From Pseudoalteromonas tetraodonis (GTDB lineage: Bacteria; Pseudomonadota; Gammaproteobacteria; Enterobacterales; Alteromonadaceae), in NCBI RefSeq assembly GCF_002310835.1, contig NZ_CP011041.1, forward strand, positions 2,310,001 through 2,342,000: DNA of 32,000 nucleotides, read 5' to 3'. A model generated the notes under the pieces. It did no database searches and was not told where the DNA came from. It saw only the letters and a program-made list of their open reading frames with translations. The stretch's first letter is position 1; every line of letters begins with the position of its first letter. Position numbers and translations under genes: made by a program. This document shows positions 1 to 8,655 of this stretch, piece after piece.

Positions 1-1
1 C

Positions 2-457
2 CAAGTACTGACCACCAAAGATGGCTACGTACTGTTCAACTTTGTTATTTTAGAAGTTAACGGCGATCCGATTGCCAGTAGCCGCGCACAATCGATTAAA
101 CGCGGATTAGAGCAAGCGCTTCATGATCCACGTAAAAAAATACGCTTTAAAAAGAGCCGATCACAGCGTTTTAAAGACTTTAATATTAAACCTAAAATTG
201 TACTGCGCCCGCACCCTCGTAAGGATCGTAGCTTAATAGAAATTCAAGCGGTTGATATACCTGGACTATTAACTAAAATAGCCGAGGTTTTTCAAGCTTA
301 CTTACTCCACATACATGCCGCACGTATTACCACGGTAGGCGAACGTGCAGAAGATTTCTTTGTGGTATCAAATAACGAATATCAAGCGCTGACTGATGAA
401 GAGCAAGCAAAAATTCATCAGGCATTACGTAAAAAACTCAACGCCGAAATTGAATAA
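2..457 (+). CDS. glnD: [Protein-PII] uridylyltransferase/uridylyl-removing enzyme GlnD, C-terminal fragment (5' end lies outside the window)
   Basis: My own translation of frame 2 is open from the window edge to TAA at 455-457. It reads ...QVLTTKDGYVLFNFVILEVNGDPIASSRAQSIKRGLEQAL...IEIQAVDIPGLLTKIAEVFQAYLLHIHAARITTVGERAEDFFVVSN...AEIE*. The ARITTxGERxEDxF motif and the tandem ACT-like repeats are typical of the GlnD C-terminus. Position directly upstream of dapD matches enterobacterial synteny. It is absent from the ORF track only because no start codon lies in the window. Confidence 0.8.
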   Translation, partial: QVLTTKDGYVLFNFVILEVNGDPIASSRAQSIKRGLEQALHDPRKKIRFKKSRSQRFKDFNIKPKIVLRPHPRKDRSLIEIQAVDIPGLLTKIAEVFQAYLLHIHAARITTVGERAEDFFVVSNNEYQALTDEEQAKIHQALRKKLNAEIE

Positions 458-466
458 GAGGACACT

Positions 467-1294
467 ATGTCAGATTTAAAAACCATGATTGAAAATGCGT
501 GGGATAACCGCGACAGCATTAGCCCTGCTACAGTATCAAGCGATGTTAAACAAGCGATTATAGATGCGCTTGAGCTATTAGATAGCGGCGCTGCTCGCGT
601 TGCAGAGAAAATTTCAGGCGAATGGGTTGTTCACCAGTGGCTTAAAAAAGCAGTACTACTTTCATTTAGAATTCGTGAAAATCAGCCAATGAACGACGGC
701 GTAAACCAATTTTACGATAAAGTACCGCTTAAATTTAGCGACTACACGCCGGAGCAATTTCAGCAAGGCGGCATGCGTGTCGTACCCAACGCCGTTGCTC
801 GTAAAGGCAGCTTTGTAGGTAAAAATGTCGTATTAATGCCATCGTACGTAAACATAGGTGCATTTGTTGACGATGGCACCATGGTTGATACATGGGCGAC
901 AGTGGGCTCATGTGCTCAAATTGGCAAGAACGTACACTTATCTGGCGGCGTAGGCATAGGCGGCGTTTTAGAGCCGTTACAAGCGAATCCTACCATCATT
1001 GAAGACAACTGTTTTATTGGCGCACGTTCAGAAATTGTTGAAGGCGTAATTGTTGAAGAAGGCGCCGTTATTTCAATGGGGGTTTACATTAGCCAAAGTA
1101 CCCGTATTTACGACCGTGAAACCGGTGAAATTCACTATGGCCGTGTGCCTGCCGGCGCTGTTGTGGTTCCAGGTGCACTGCCTTCAAAAGATGGCAGCCA
1201 TAGCTTGTATGCGGCTATTATTGTGAAAAAAGTAGATAAACAAACTCGCGAAAAAGTGGGCATTAATGCCCTACTGCGCTCGATTGATGAGTAA
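467..1294 (+). CDS. dapD: 2,3,4,5-tetrahydropyridine-2,6-dicarboxylate N-succinyltransferase
   Basis: The 275-aa ORF is near-collinear with E. coli DapD as I remember it ([80 protein letters not shown], hexapeptide repeats). A GAGGA SD lies 6 nt upstream of the ATG. Confidence 0.96.
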   Translation: MSDLKTMIENAWDNRDSISPATVSSDVKQAIIDALELLDSGAARVAEKISGEWVVHQWLKKAVLLSFRIRENQPMNDGVNQFYDKVPLKFSDYTPEQFQQGGMRVVPNAVARKGSFVGKNVVLMPSYVNIGAFVDDGTMVDTWATVGSCAQIGKNVHLSGGVGIGGVLEPLQANPTIIEDNCFIGARSEIVEGVIVEEGAVISMGVYISQSTRIYDRETGEIHYGRVPAGAVVVPGALPSKDGSHSLYAAIIVKKVDKQTREKVGINALLRSIDE

Positions 1295-1379
1295 TACGGT
1301 GCTTGGGTTGAGTGAAACGAAACCCAACGATACTTTTAAAGTTAAGTACGTTAGCTAAACTTTAATTGAATCTTTAAAA

Positions 1380-1412
1380 GCCTTAAACCCTTCTGGGTTT
1401 AAGGCTTTTTTG
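1380..1412 (+). terminator. Rho-independent terminator after dapD
   Basis: Perfect 11-bp stem gccttaaaccc (1380-1390) / gggtttaaggc (1395-1405) with loop ttct, followed by TTTTTTGTTTTTT. Confidence 0.8.
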
Positions 1413-1470
1413 TTTTTTAGCTATAGCAGATAGCCACATCGTTGAGTATGCTCATCGCAATTGCGTTGCT

Positions 1471-2547
1471 TTGTTAGATGCCTACAACTATAGTGAATTA
1501 ACGCATAGTTCGATTGTCGAGGTTAAGTTGTTGCGGCTTTTTGTAATAAGTTGGTTGATATTATTATGTTCAAAACACGTCTTTGCTAATGACTTCAATA
1601 CCTTTGAAAAAAAATTAGACGAAGCCGAAGATTATCTTACTGTTAATCCAGCTCAATCTATTACTATTTTAGAAAACCTCACAGGGTTACAACTCATGCC
1701 ACCAGAATTATTTATCCGCTGGCACCTTATCTATGCCCGTACAGCAGTACCTACAAGTCACTATGACGAGCTTTATACATCGATTGACGCAATATTTCAG
1801 CATCATCAAACTGATTATTTCAAACAAAAACTGACCACCATTATGAGTGCCTTGGGAATATGGCTTCGCCATGCAGAATATTTAGACGATGCCCAGTACT
1901 CATTTAAATGTGCTTACAAATATGCGCAAAACGATCGTCAACGCTTAACGCTCACCAACAGTATGGCATTGGTTGCTCGCTCGCAAGATGACTTTGCAAA
2001 AGCGCGTGCCTTGTACCTTGATAGCCATAAAATCACCACACAATTACAGCTTCCCAATGTAACTGCACTGATAGAGAGTAACTTAGGTTATTTAGCCCTA
2101 GATGAGGGCAATATACCCGAAGCTGAGCGCTATTTTAGAAGTGCATTAAGTAATAACCAAAACATTGATAAACGCGCGGGGCAAATCTCAACCGGGCTTA
2201 ATTTATTAATGGTTTTTTTGATTCAAGAGCAGCAAATTAATTTTGAGCGACTCTATAGCCCAACGGCCACATTAACCCATGCCTTTCCCAACGAAGCGAA
2301 ACAAGCATTACTTTTTTGGCTTGAAATAGGCTACAAAAATTTGACTGGGGGTTTTATAAGCCAAAAAGACAAACAACAGTTACAAACTGCGTATGAGCAA
2401 TTAGAAAGCGATAAAATGAAACAACTGGTCGCGCGCTATTTAGCCAACAAGCTAGATGTAGCTGTAACCTTACCCGCCCCTATTGTCGCTAAGGACTTTA
2501 CCAGCCCTTGGTTTGAGCTGGTAAAGCAATGTGATTGGAAACGCTAA
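1471..2547 (+). CDS. Hypothetical secreted TPR-like repeat protein (function unknown)
   Basis: ORF of 358 aa from a TTG start. The real start is more likely TTG at 1528 or 1531, preceded by GAGG at 1519-1522. That gives MLRLFVISWLILLCSKHVFA|NDF, a typical Sec signal peptide with a VFA cleavage motif. The body is helical-repeat-like, with at least one clear TPR-type motif (NLGYLALDEGNIPEAERYFRSAL). I recognise no catalytic motif. Confidence 0.6.
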   Translation: MLDAYNYSELTHSSIVEVKLLRLFVISWLILLCSKHVFANDFNTFEKKLDEAEDYLTVNPAQSITILENLTGLQLMPPELFIRWHLIYARTAVPTSHYDELYTSIDAIFQHHQTDYFKQKLTTIMSALGIWLRHAEYLDDAQYSFKCAYKYAQNDRQRLTLTNSMALVARSQDDFAKARALYLDSHKITTQLQLPNVTALIESNLGYLALDEGNIPEAERYFRSALSNNQNIDKRAGQISTGLNLLMVFLIQEQQINFERLYSPTATLTHAFPNEAKQALLFWLEIGYKNLTGGFISQKDKQQLQTAYEQLESDKMKQLVARYLANKLDVAVTLPAPIVAKDFTSPWFELVKQCDWKR

Positions 2548-2777
2548 GACTCGATTTAGTCCTTAGCCTATATAAAGCTATACCCCTCTAAAATAAATAC
2601 TTTAATACTCTCACATCAACTTTCTCTTACTTTCTTTTTTAAAACCAAGCTGCTGTAAATATTAACTTTAATTTAAAAAAATGACATTTTTAAGCTGCAA
2701 AATTAGCCAACCCTAGTGAATTTATAATAAGGTAGTCAGGCATACTTGAAAGTTAGCAATTAATATTAAGGATTAAT

Positions 2778-4808
2778 ATGACAAAAACTGCTTTACGCTC
2801 AACCATTTTGCTACCTGTATTTTTGCCCGCAGTATTTATTATTCTACTTTTGGTGATTGGTACAAGTAGTAACCCTGAACTCGCTGGTCAGGCATTTAGT
2901 GTTGCCCTTGCGTGGATAACAGAAACCTTTGGCTGGTTTTATATGTTGTCTGTCGCTATTTTCTTGGTATTTATTGTCTCGGTCGCGGCTTCTAGTTGGG
3001 GGAATATAAAATTAGGCCCTGATCATGCAGAGCCACAATACAGCTTTGGTGAATGGTTTGCCATGCTCTTTTCTGCCGGTTATGGCGTGGCACTGCTTTA
3101 TTTTGGTGTTGCTGAACCTGTGCTGCATTACGCATCCCCGCCATCGGGGGCGGCTGAAACCGTTGATGCCGCCAAGCAGGCAATGCAAATTGCCTTTTTC
3201 CATTGGGGATTTCATATTTGGGCTATCTATGGAATTGTTGGTTTAGTGCTTGCTTATTTTGCATTTCGCCATGGCTTACCACTGTCTATTCGCTCTGCCT
3301 TGTATCCACTTATTGGCGATAAAATTTATGGCCCAATCGGCCATACTGTGGATGTATTTGCCATATTAGGTACTTTATTTGGTATTGCCACTACACTAGG
3401 GCTTTCGGTGACTCAAATAAATGCTGGCCTACATTACTTATGGCCAAACATCCCTATTAATACCACAGTGCAAATTACGGCCATTGCCGTAATTACTGCA
3501 GCAGCAACACTCTCAGTGGTGGCCGGTATGGATAAAGGGGTCAAGCGATTATCAATTGTGAATATGACCTTAGCGGTTTCACTAATGGCTTTTGTGTTTT
3601 TCATTGGCCCGACTATCCATATTTTAGAATCATTTTTACAAAATACCGGCAGCTACCTAAGCGGTATTGTTGAGCGTACTTTTAATTTACAAGCTTATAG
3701 TCGCAGTGATTGGATTGGTAACTGGACTTTATTTATATTTGGCTGGACGATTGCGTGGGCACCGTTTGTGGGTATGTTCATCGCAAAAATTAGCCGTGGT
3801 AGAACCATCCGACAATTTGTTGTTGGGGTAATGTTAGTTCCCACTATTTTTACCTTTTTATGGTTTTCAGTCTTTGGTGATACGGCACTTAACTTAATTA
3901 TGAATGAGGGGTTTGATACGCTTATTGGCGATGTACAAGCAAATCATGCCGTCGCATTATTTCAATTATTTGAAGTGTTACCACTGTCATTTTTCATTTC
4001 ACTGCTCACTGTCATTTTGATCATAACTTTTTTTGTTACATCATCTGATTCAGGCTCTTTAGTCATTGATTCACTCGCCTCTGGAGGAAGCATTAATACG
4101 CCGGCTTGGCAACGCGTGTTTTGGGCGGTACTTGAAGGTGCTGTGGCGGCTGTTTTATTAGTGGCAGGCGGACTAAGTGCGCTGCAAACCATGACCATAG
4201 CCAGTGCCTTACCCTTTGCTATTATTATGCTAATTGCCACGGCGGGGCTTTGGCGAGCTCTAAAAATTGAAGCCCATCGAGACACCAGCTTGCAAGCACA
4301 TACACTTAATAGCCGCAACATTAACTTGTCTCACTGGAAGCGTCGTTTAGCGGCTATGGTCAATTACCCTAATAAAGAAAAAGTACATACTTTTATTGGT
4401 AGCGTGGTAGTTGAGGCAATGAAAGCCGTACAAGCAGAATTGAAATCTAGACAATGGCATGCAGTGGTAGAATTTGATACGGATTTAGGCCGCGCTCATT
4501 TAACGGTACTGCGCCATGAACATGTGGATTTTGTTTATGATATTCGCCTTACCGAGCATCCTATGCCAAGCTTTGCTTACTCAGAGCTAAAGCCTGATAA
4601 CAACGATGCTGAAAAGTATTATAAGGCCGACGTGTTTTTACGTCGTGGTGGTCTGTCATACGATGTTTATGGCTACACTGAAGATGATATTGTGAAAGAT
4701 ATTCTCGACCAATTTGAAAACTACTTACACTTTCTAGGTAATAGCCCAGGCGAACTTCCTTGGGATATGGCCGAACATGATGACATGTTAAATACCGATA
4801 AAGCTTAA
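2778..4808 (+). CDS. BCCT-family (betaine/carnitine/choline) transporter, BetT-like with a long cytoplasmic C-terminal tail
   Basis: 676-aa polytopic membrane protein. It carries BCCT signature-like segments (WTLFIFGWTIAWAPFVGMFIAKISRGRTIRQFV, the Trp-rich TM8 region) and a hydrophilic tail of about 170 aa after the last TM. Its size is similar to E. coli BetT. An AAGGA SD precedes the ATG. The substrate cannot be read from the sequence. Confidence 0.9.
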   Translation: MTKTALRSTILLPVFLPAVFIILLLVIGTSSNPELAGQAFSVALAWITETFGWFYMLSVAIFLVFIVSVAASSWGNIKLGPDHAEPQYSFGEWFAMLFSAGYGVALLYFGVAEPVLHYASPPSGAAETVDAAKQAMQIAFFHWGFHIWAIYGIVGLVLAYFAFRHGLPLSIRSALYPLIGDKIYGPIGHTVDVFAILGTLFGIATTLGLSVTQINAGLHYLWPNIPINTTVQITAIAVITAAATLSVVAGMDKGVKRLSIVNMTLAVSLMAFVFFIGPTIHILESFLQNTGSYLSGIVERTFNLQAYSRSDWIGNWTLFIFGWTIAWAPFVGMFIAKISRGRTIRQFVVGVMLVPTIFTFLWFSVFGDTALNLIMNEGFDTLIGDVQANHAVALFQLFEVLPLSFFISLLTVILIITFFVTSSDSGSLVIDSLASGGSINTPAWQRVFWAVLEGAVAAVLLVAGGLSALQTMTIASALPFAIIMLIATAGLWRALKIEAHRDTSLQAHTLNSRNINLSHWKRRLAAMVNYPNKEKVHTFIGSVVVEAMKAVQAELKSRQWHAVVEFDTDLGRAHLTVLRHEHVDFVYDIRLTEHPMPSFAYSELKPDNNDAEKYYKADVFLRRGGLSYDVYGYTEDDIVKDILDQFENYLHFLGNSPGELPWDMAEHDDMLNTDKA

Positions 4809-4845
4809 CGGATACAGCCAGTATTGGTAAAAACGGTAATTAAAA

Positions 4846-4876
4846 ATAAAAAAGGCACTGTAAAGTGCCTTTTTAT
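4846..4876. terminator. Bidirectional intrinsic terminator between the convergent BCCT gene and phhB
   Basis: Sequence aaaaaaGGCACtgtaaaGTGCCttttta. The stem is 4854-4858 / 4865-4869, with an A-run on the left and a T-run on the right, so a U-tract follows the hairpin on either strand. Confidence 0.7.
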
Positions 4877-4890
4877 TTACTCAAATATAA

Positions 4891-5235
4891 TTACAGCGCG
4901 TTAAATACATCGTCTGTTTTAGCGGCACAAATAAAATCGTTTTTATGCAAACCTTTAATTGAATGGCTCCACCAAGTAACAGTTACTTTACCCCATTCGG
5001 TTAATAGACCAGGGTGATGGCCTTCGTCTTCAGCCATATCGCCAACTTTATTAGTAAATGCAATGGCCTGCTTAAAGTTTTTAAACTTATAAACGCGCTC
5101 TAATTGCATAATACCGTCGCGTACTTCCGGCACCCAATCAGGGATTTTTTTAATTAATTCAGCCAATTCTGCATCTGATACTTTTGGAGCATCTGCATGA
5201 CAGGCTTCACATTTTTGTTCACTTAATGAAGACAT
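4891..5235 (-). CDS. phhB: Pterin-4-alpha-carbinolamine dehydratase
   Basis: 114 aa with the PCD family core ([41 protein letters not shown]). It sits immediately downstream of phhA on the same strand, the classic phhAB arrangement. Confidence 0.92.
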   Translation of the reverse strand: MSSLSEQKCEACHADAPKVSDAELAELIKKIPDWVPEVRDGIMQLERVYKFKNFKQAIAFTNKVGDMAEDEGHHPGLLTEWGKVTVTWWSHSIKGLHKNDFICAAKTDDVFNAL

Positions 5236-5273
5236 TTTAAATCCTTAATTCTAGTGTTACTTTTATTAAAAAA

Positions 5274-6071
5274 CTAACTAGCTAATTTTTCTTTTGGGGG
5301 AAATTTCGGCTCGTGTAAACCAAGCGCCTTAGCTTGCTCAACTAAAGTCATTATATCCATTTGCGATATTTCAAACAGATCATGAATCGAATTAATGGTG
5401 TAGTACAGCGGCTGCATAATATCAATACGGTATGGCGTGCGCAGCACATCTAACACATTCATTGGATTAATTTCTGGTGTATCAGAGTACACGTATTGGG
5501 TTTCTCCTGGGCTTGATAAAATACCGCCCCCGTAAATACGTAATCCTTTTTCAGTTTGCATCAAACCAAATTCGACCGTAAACCAATACATGCGCGCTAA
5601 ATAAACGCGGTCTTTTTTCTCTGCCGCGTAACCTAGTTGCCCGTACTTATGCGTAAATTCAGCAAAGTCAGGATTTGTTAGCATGGCACAGTGGCCGAAT
5701 ATTTCATGAAAAATATCGGGCTCTTGTAAATAATCAAATTCTTCACGGCTACGAATAAACGTAGCAACAGGAAACTGCTTGTTGGCCAGTAGTCTAAAAA
5801 ACTCATCAAAGTCGATAAGTGCAGGTACAGGTGCTACTTGCCAACCTGTTGTTGCCAATAACACTTCGTTTAGCTCACTTAGCTGTGGAATACGATCATG
5901 CGGTAGGTTAATTTTTTTTAACCCTTCCATGTACTCGTCACAGGCTTTGCCTTCAATGCACGCAAGTTGGCGTGCTACAAGCTCAGACCAAATTTTATTT
6001 TCTTCATCGCTCCAATGTATAACGCCATTTTCATCTGGTGTTTTAGAGGTGTAATTACTTGCTTTAGCCAT
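5274..6071 (-). CDS. phhA: Phenylalanine 4-hydroxylase (monomeric bacterial type)
   Basis: 265 aa with aromatic amino-acid hydroxylase iron-site motifs (PDIFHEIFGHCAMLTNPDFAEF ... YWFTVEFGL). Its length is typical of bacterial PhhA. Confidence 0.93.
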   Translation of the reverse strand: MAKASNYTSKTPDENGVIHWSDEENKIWSELVARQLACIEGKACDEYMEGLKKINLPHDRIPQLSELNEVLLATTGWQVAPVPALIDFDEFFRLLANKQFPVATFIRSREEFDYLQEPDIFHEIFGHCAMLTNPDFAEFTHKYGQLGYAAEKKDRVYLARMYWFTVEFGLMQTEKGLRIYGGGILSSPGETQYVYSDTPEINPMNVLDVLRTPYRIDIMQPLYYTINSIHDLFEISQMDIMTLVEQAKALGLHEPKFPPKEKLAS

Positions 6072-6214
6072 AAATACCTTCTTTGGGTTTAAACCCTAAA
6101 TCGGTGTCAAAATAATAGCCACATGCTCGGCTATTCGATGTAGCCATACTATGCAAAAGTGAACAAAAGTTTAATAGCTTGACTCAGATCAATACTTTCG
6201 CAGAACGCGCATAT

Positions 6215-6232
6215 CGTAAACTTATAATTACA
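6215..6232. promoter_or_regulatory. Candidate TyrR/PhhR box (proximal) upstream of phhA
   Basis: cGTAAActtataaTTACA against the consensus TGTAAA-N6-TTTACA gives 10/12 matches. The invariant G-N14-C is present (g6216, c6231). The box lies 144-161 nt upstream of the phhA ATG. Confidence 0.5.
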
Positions 6233-6289
6233 TCAGAGCAAAGATAAAAACACACCCTATATTTAACAGCCCTTACAGATCGAAATCTC

Positions 6290-6307
6290 TGTAAATAATA
6301 AATTACA
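6290..6307. promoter_or_regulatory. Candidate TyrR/PhhR box (distal) upstream of phhA
   Basis: TGTAAAtaataaATTACA against TGTAAA-N6-TTTACA gives 11/12 matches. It abuts the mgl stop codon (6310-6312). Its centre lies about 75 bp from the proximal box. Confidence 0.55.
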
Positions 6308-6309
6308 CC

Positions 6310-7491
6310 TTACGATATTTTAGTAAATGCTTGGTTGAGATCGTTAATAATATCATTAACATCTTCAAGCCCAACAGATAAGCGAATTAAACCATCACTA
6401 ATTCCGGCTGCTAATCTTTCTTCGGGTGTGTAAGGCGAATGGGTCATCGATGCAGGGTGTTGAATAAGTGTTTCGGCATCGCCTAAGCTAACCGCTAAAG
6501 TACATAGCTTCATGCTATCAATAAACTGCTCACCGTCGGTTAAACTCCCTTTAATTTCAAAAGCAATAACACCGCCAGCAGCTTTCATTTGCTTACCAAT
6601 AAACCGATGACCTGGGTGCGACTTCAGTCCAGGATAGTACACTTTACTCACTTGAGGGTGAGCCTCTAAATATTCAGCAATCGTTTGCGCACTCTGGCAA
6701 TGACGCTCTACCCGTATAGCTAATGTTTTTAAACCTCGGTTAATTAACCATGCATCGTGTGGGCTAATCGTCGCGCCTATATCTTTTAACACCGTCATTT
6801 TAATATGTGTAATGTGCTCAAGGGATCCACACACAATACCTGCGACTACATCGCCGTGACCATTTAAATACTTGGTAGCACTGTGCATAATAATATCGAT
6901 GCCGTATTGTTTAGGTGACTGTAGCAGCGGCGTTAAAAAGGTATTGTCGACCACACTTATTAAATTATGCCGTTTTGCTACATCACCAATAAGTGCTAAA
7001 TCAATAACGGCCATCGTTGGGTTTATCGGGGTTTCTGCAAATATCATTTTTGAGTTTGGCTTTATTGCAGCACGTAACTCATCTTCATTGGTCATATCCA
7101 CAAAGGTGACTTCAATGCCCCAACGCGGCAACATATGCGCAAAAAAAGCAAAGGTGCAACCATAAAGCGCACTTGATGCAACTAAGTGATCGCCTTGTGA
7201 TAAAAAGCTCAGTACTGAAGCCGATACCGCTCCCATACCTGTAGCCGTTGCCGCTGCAGCCTCACAGCCCTCTAATTGCGCCACTTTTTGTTCAAGTTCA
7301 GTGGTGGTAGGGTTACCCAAACGCGTATAAATATAACCGGGCTCATCGCCAGCAAACCGTGCAGCACCTTGGGCGGCATTTTCAAAATGAAATGTCGATG
7401 TTTGGTATAATGGCGAGGTTAATGCGCCATGGGGATCATTGGCTTTTTGTGGACCATGGATACATTGGGTGTGTGGATGATGCTTGCTCAT
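6310..7491 (-). CDS. mdeA: Methionine gamma-lyase (PLP-dependent, Cys/Met-metabolism family)
   Basis: 393 aa with the PLP-lysine motif HSATKYLNGHGD. The YGCTFAF segment contains the Cys that distinguishes MGL from cystathionine gamma-synthase/lyase in Pseudomonas putida MGL as I recall it. The C-terminal block VSLGDAETLIQHPASMTHSPYTPEER...LIRLSVGLED is also present. The family call is firm. The exact specificity (MGL versus a related gamma-lyase) is an inference. Confidence 0.85.
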   Translation of the reverse strand: MSKHHPHTQCIHGPQKANDPHGALTSPLYQTSTFHFENAAQGAARFAGDEPGYIYTRLGNPTTTELEQKVAQLEGCEAAAATATGMGAVSASVLSFLSQGDHLVASSALYGCTFAFFAHMLPRWGIEVTFVDMTNEDELRAAIKPNSKMIFAETPINPTMAVIDLALIGDVAKRHNLISVVDNTFLTPLLQSPKQYGIDIIMHSATKYLNGHGDVVAGIVCGSLEHITHIKMTVLKDIGATISPHDAWLINRGLKTLAIRVERHCQSAQTIAEYLEAHPQVSKVYYPGLKSHPGHRFIGKQMKAAGGVIAFEIKGSLTDGEQFIDSMKLCTLAVSLGDAETLIQHPASMTHSPYTPEERLAAGISDGLIRLSVGLEDVNDIINDLNQAFTKIS

Positions 7492-7626
7492 TATGTGCTC
7501 TCGTTTTTATTATGTGTGTCAATTACATAAATAAAACGCACCGCACTTTAAATCACAAGCATGCCGGATGCTCAGATGGCTATTTGTGCAAACTTTACTC
7601 AAAAAGCTGTACACAAATATTGCCAA

Positions 7627-8655
7627 CTATTTACTCTCGGCTCTCTTAGTGCGACTCATAATTTTACTCGCAACCCCTTGAACAGTGCCTTTTAACAAGC
7701 TGCGTTTATTTTCAAGACGCGGTAAGGGTCGGCTTAATTCCATGGCTTTATAGCCTATACGTGCTGTAAATATACCCGCACTGACGCCTTGCGCGGCTCG
7801 CCCTGAAAGTTTGCCTAATAGCTCAGCACTAAGTGCCGTGGCCGCTAAATCAGATACAAGCTCTGCACTGCCTACAAACATGACTTGTTTTAACAGCATT
7901 CGATAGAGTTTAATGCGACTGGCGTAACCAAAACCAATGCCATAAATTTTACCTATTTGTTCAATTAATTTTGTACCGCGCCATAACACCGCCATCATAT
8001 CCACCAGCGCAAGAGGGCTTAATGCGACTAATAAGGCTGACTCTGTTGCAAAGCGGTTTATAAGCTTTTTAGCTTGGGTGTCTTGCGTTACCAGTAGGCT
8101 ATTAGCGTAAAGTGTCATTATTTCTTTATCACTATGGTGCGTAGCAACTTGGTTTTTAAAGTTTTCAAAATTGTCTAACTGCTGGTGCTTGTTCAATTTT
8201 TCAAGCCAAGGGAGTGCACCACCCACTTGCTCACTGTTTAATAACCTATCGGCTTCATGGCGATGCAGCTGATTACGCTTTAAACTGCGCAACATCCGAT
8301 ACTCTCGCCATAACAATCTTGTTATTAATAACACACCGCTTACCACAGCGGTTAAATAAACACTGCCCAAAATAAGCGATTGCTGATAAGCAAGCACAAT
8401 AGAAAACCCAAACTCTAGCAGTACTAAAATAATAAAGCTGAGCGCAAACAAGCCTTTGAGCGTTTGCCATTTTGACTTTTTATACACCGGCTCTAAATCA
8501 ACTTCAGGCTCAAGCGCATCATCCTCAAGCTCAGAGGTGTAATCACTTTGTCCGTGTTCAATAATTTTAGCGGGTGTTAACGCAGGCTCGTTTTGCTCAA
8601 TATTTTGTGCATTAATACGACGCCCTGCTTGAAACTGTTGCGTTGACTCACTCAT
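7627..8655 (-). CDS. ycjF: YcjF-family (UPF0283) inner-membrane protein
   Basis: 342 aa with a hydrophilic N-terminus, a pair of TM helices (LFALSFIILVLLEFGFSIVLAY...LGSVYLTAVVSGVLLI) and a conserved C-terminal domain. Its start ATG overlaps the ycjX stop (ATGA at 8652-8655). The pairing with ycjX is the canonical ycjXF arrangement. Confidence 0.85.
   Translation of the reverse strand: MSESTQQFQAGRRINAQNIEQNEPALTPAKIIEHGQSDYTSELEDDALEPEVDLEPVYKKSKWQTLKGLFALSFIILVLLEFGFSIVLAYQQSLILGSVYLTAVVSGVLLITRLLWREYRMLRSLKRNQLHRHEADRLLNSEQVGGALPWLEKLNKHQQLDNFENFKNQVATHHSDKEIMTLYANSLLVTQDTQAKKLINRFATESALLVALSPLALVDMMAVLWRGTKLIEQIGKIYGIGFGYASRIKLYRMLLKQVMFVGSAELVSDLAATALSAELLGKLSGRAAQGVSAGIFTARIGYKAMELSRPLPRLENKRSLLKGTVQGVASKIMSRTKRAESK

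Noticed and set aside
2992-3246. Three overlapping short ORFs (63-73 aa) on both strands inside the BCCT gene, plus 3962-4321 (119 aa, minus)
   Set aside because: They are shadow ORFs inside a well-supported transporter CDS. Their products are low-complexity or Arg/Cys-rich, with no RBS context and no recognisable motifs.
6086-6097. The 12-nt perfect palindrome GGGTTTAAACCC in the phhA leader
   Set aside because: It is too short, with no loop, to form a meaningful hairpin. In AT-rich DNA it is likely chance, and no partner site is present.
6140-6175. A possible sigma54 promoter for phhA (minus strand TGTTCACTTTTGCAT)
   Set aside because: It lacks the GG doublet (GT instead), and the spacing from -24 to the GC of TTGC is two nt too short. 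It does not fit GG-N10-GC.
7359-7649. 96-aa plus-strand ORF spanning the mgl 5' end, the mgl-ycjF spacer and the ycjF 3' end
   Set aside because: It overlaps two real genes on the opposite strand, has no RBS, and has a Cys/His-rich nonsense-like sequence.
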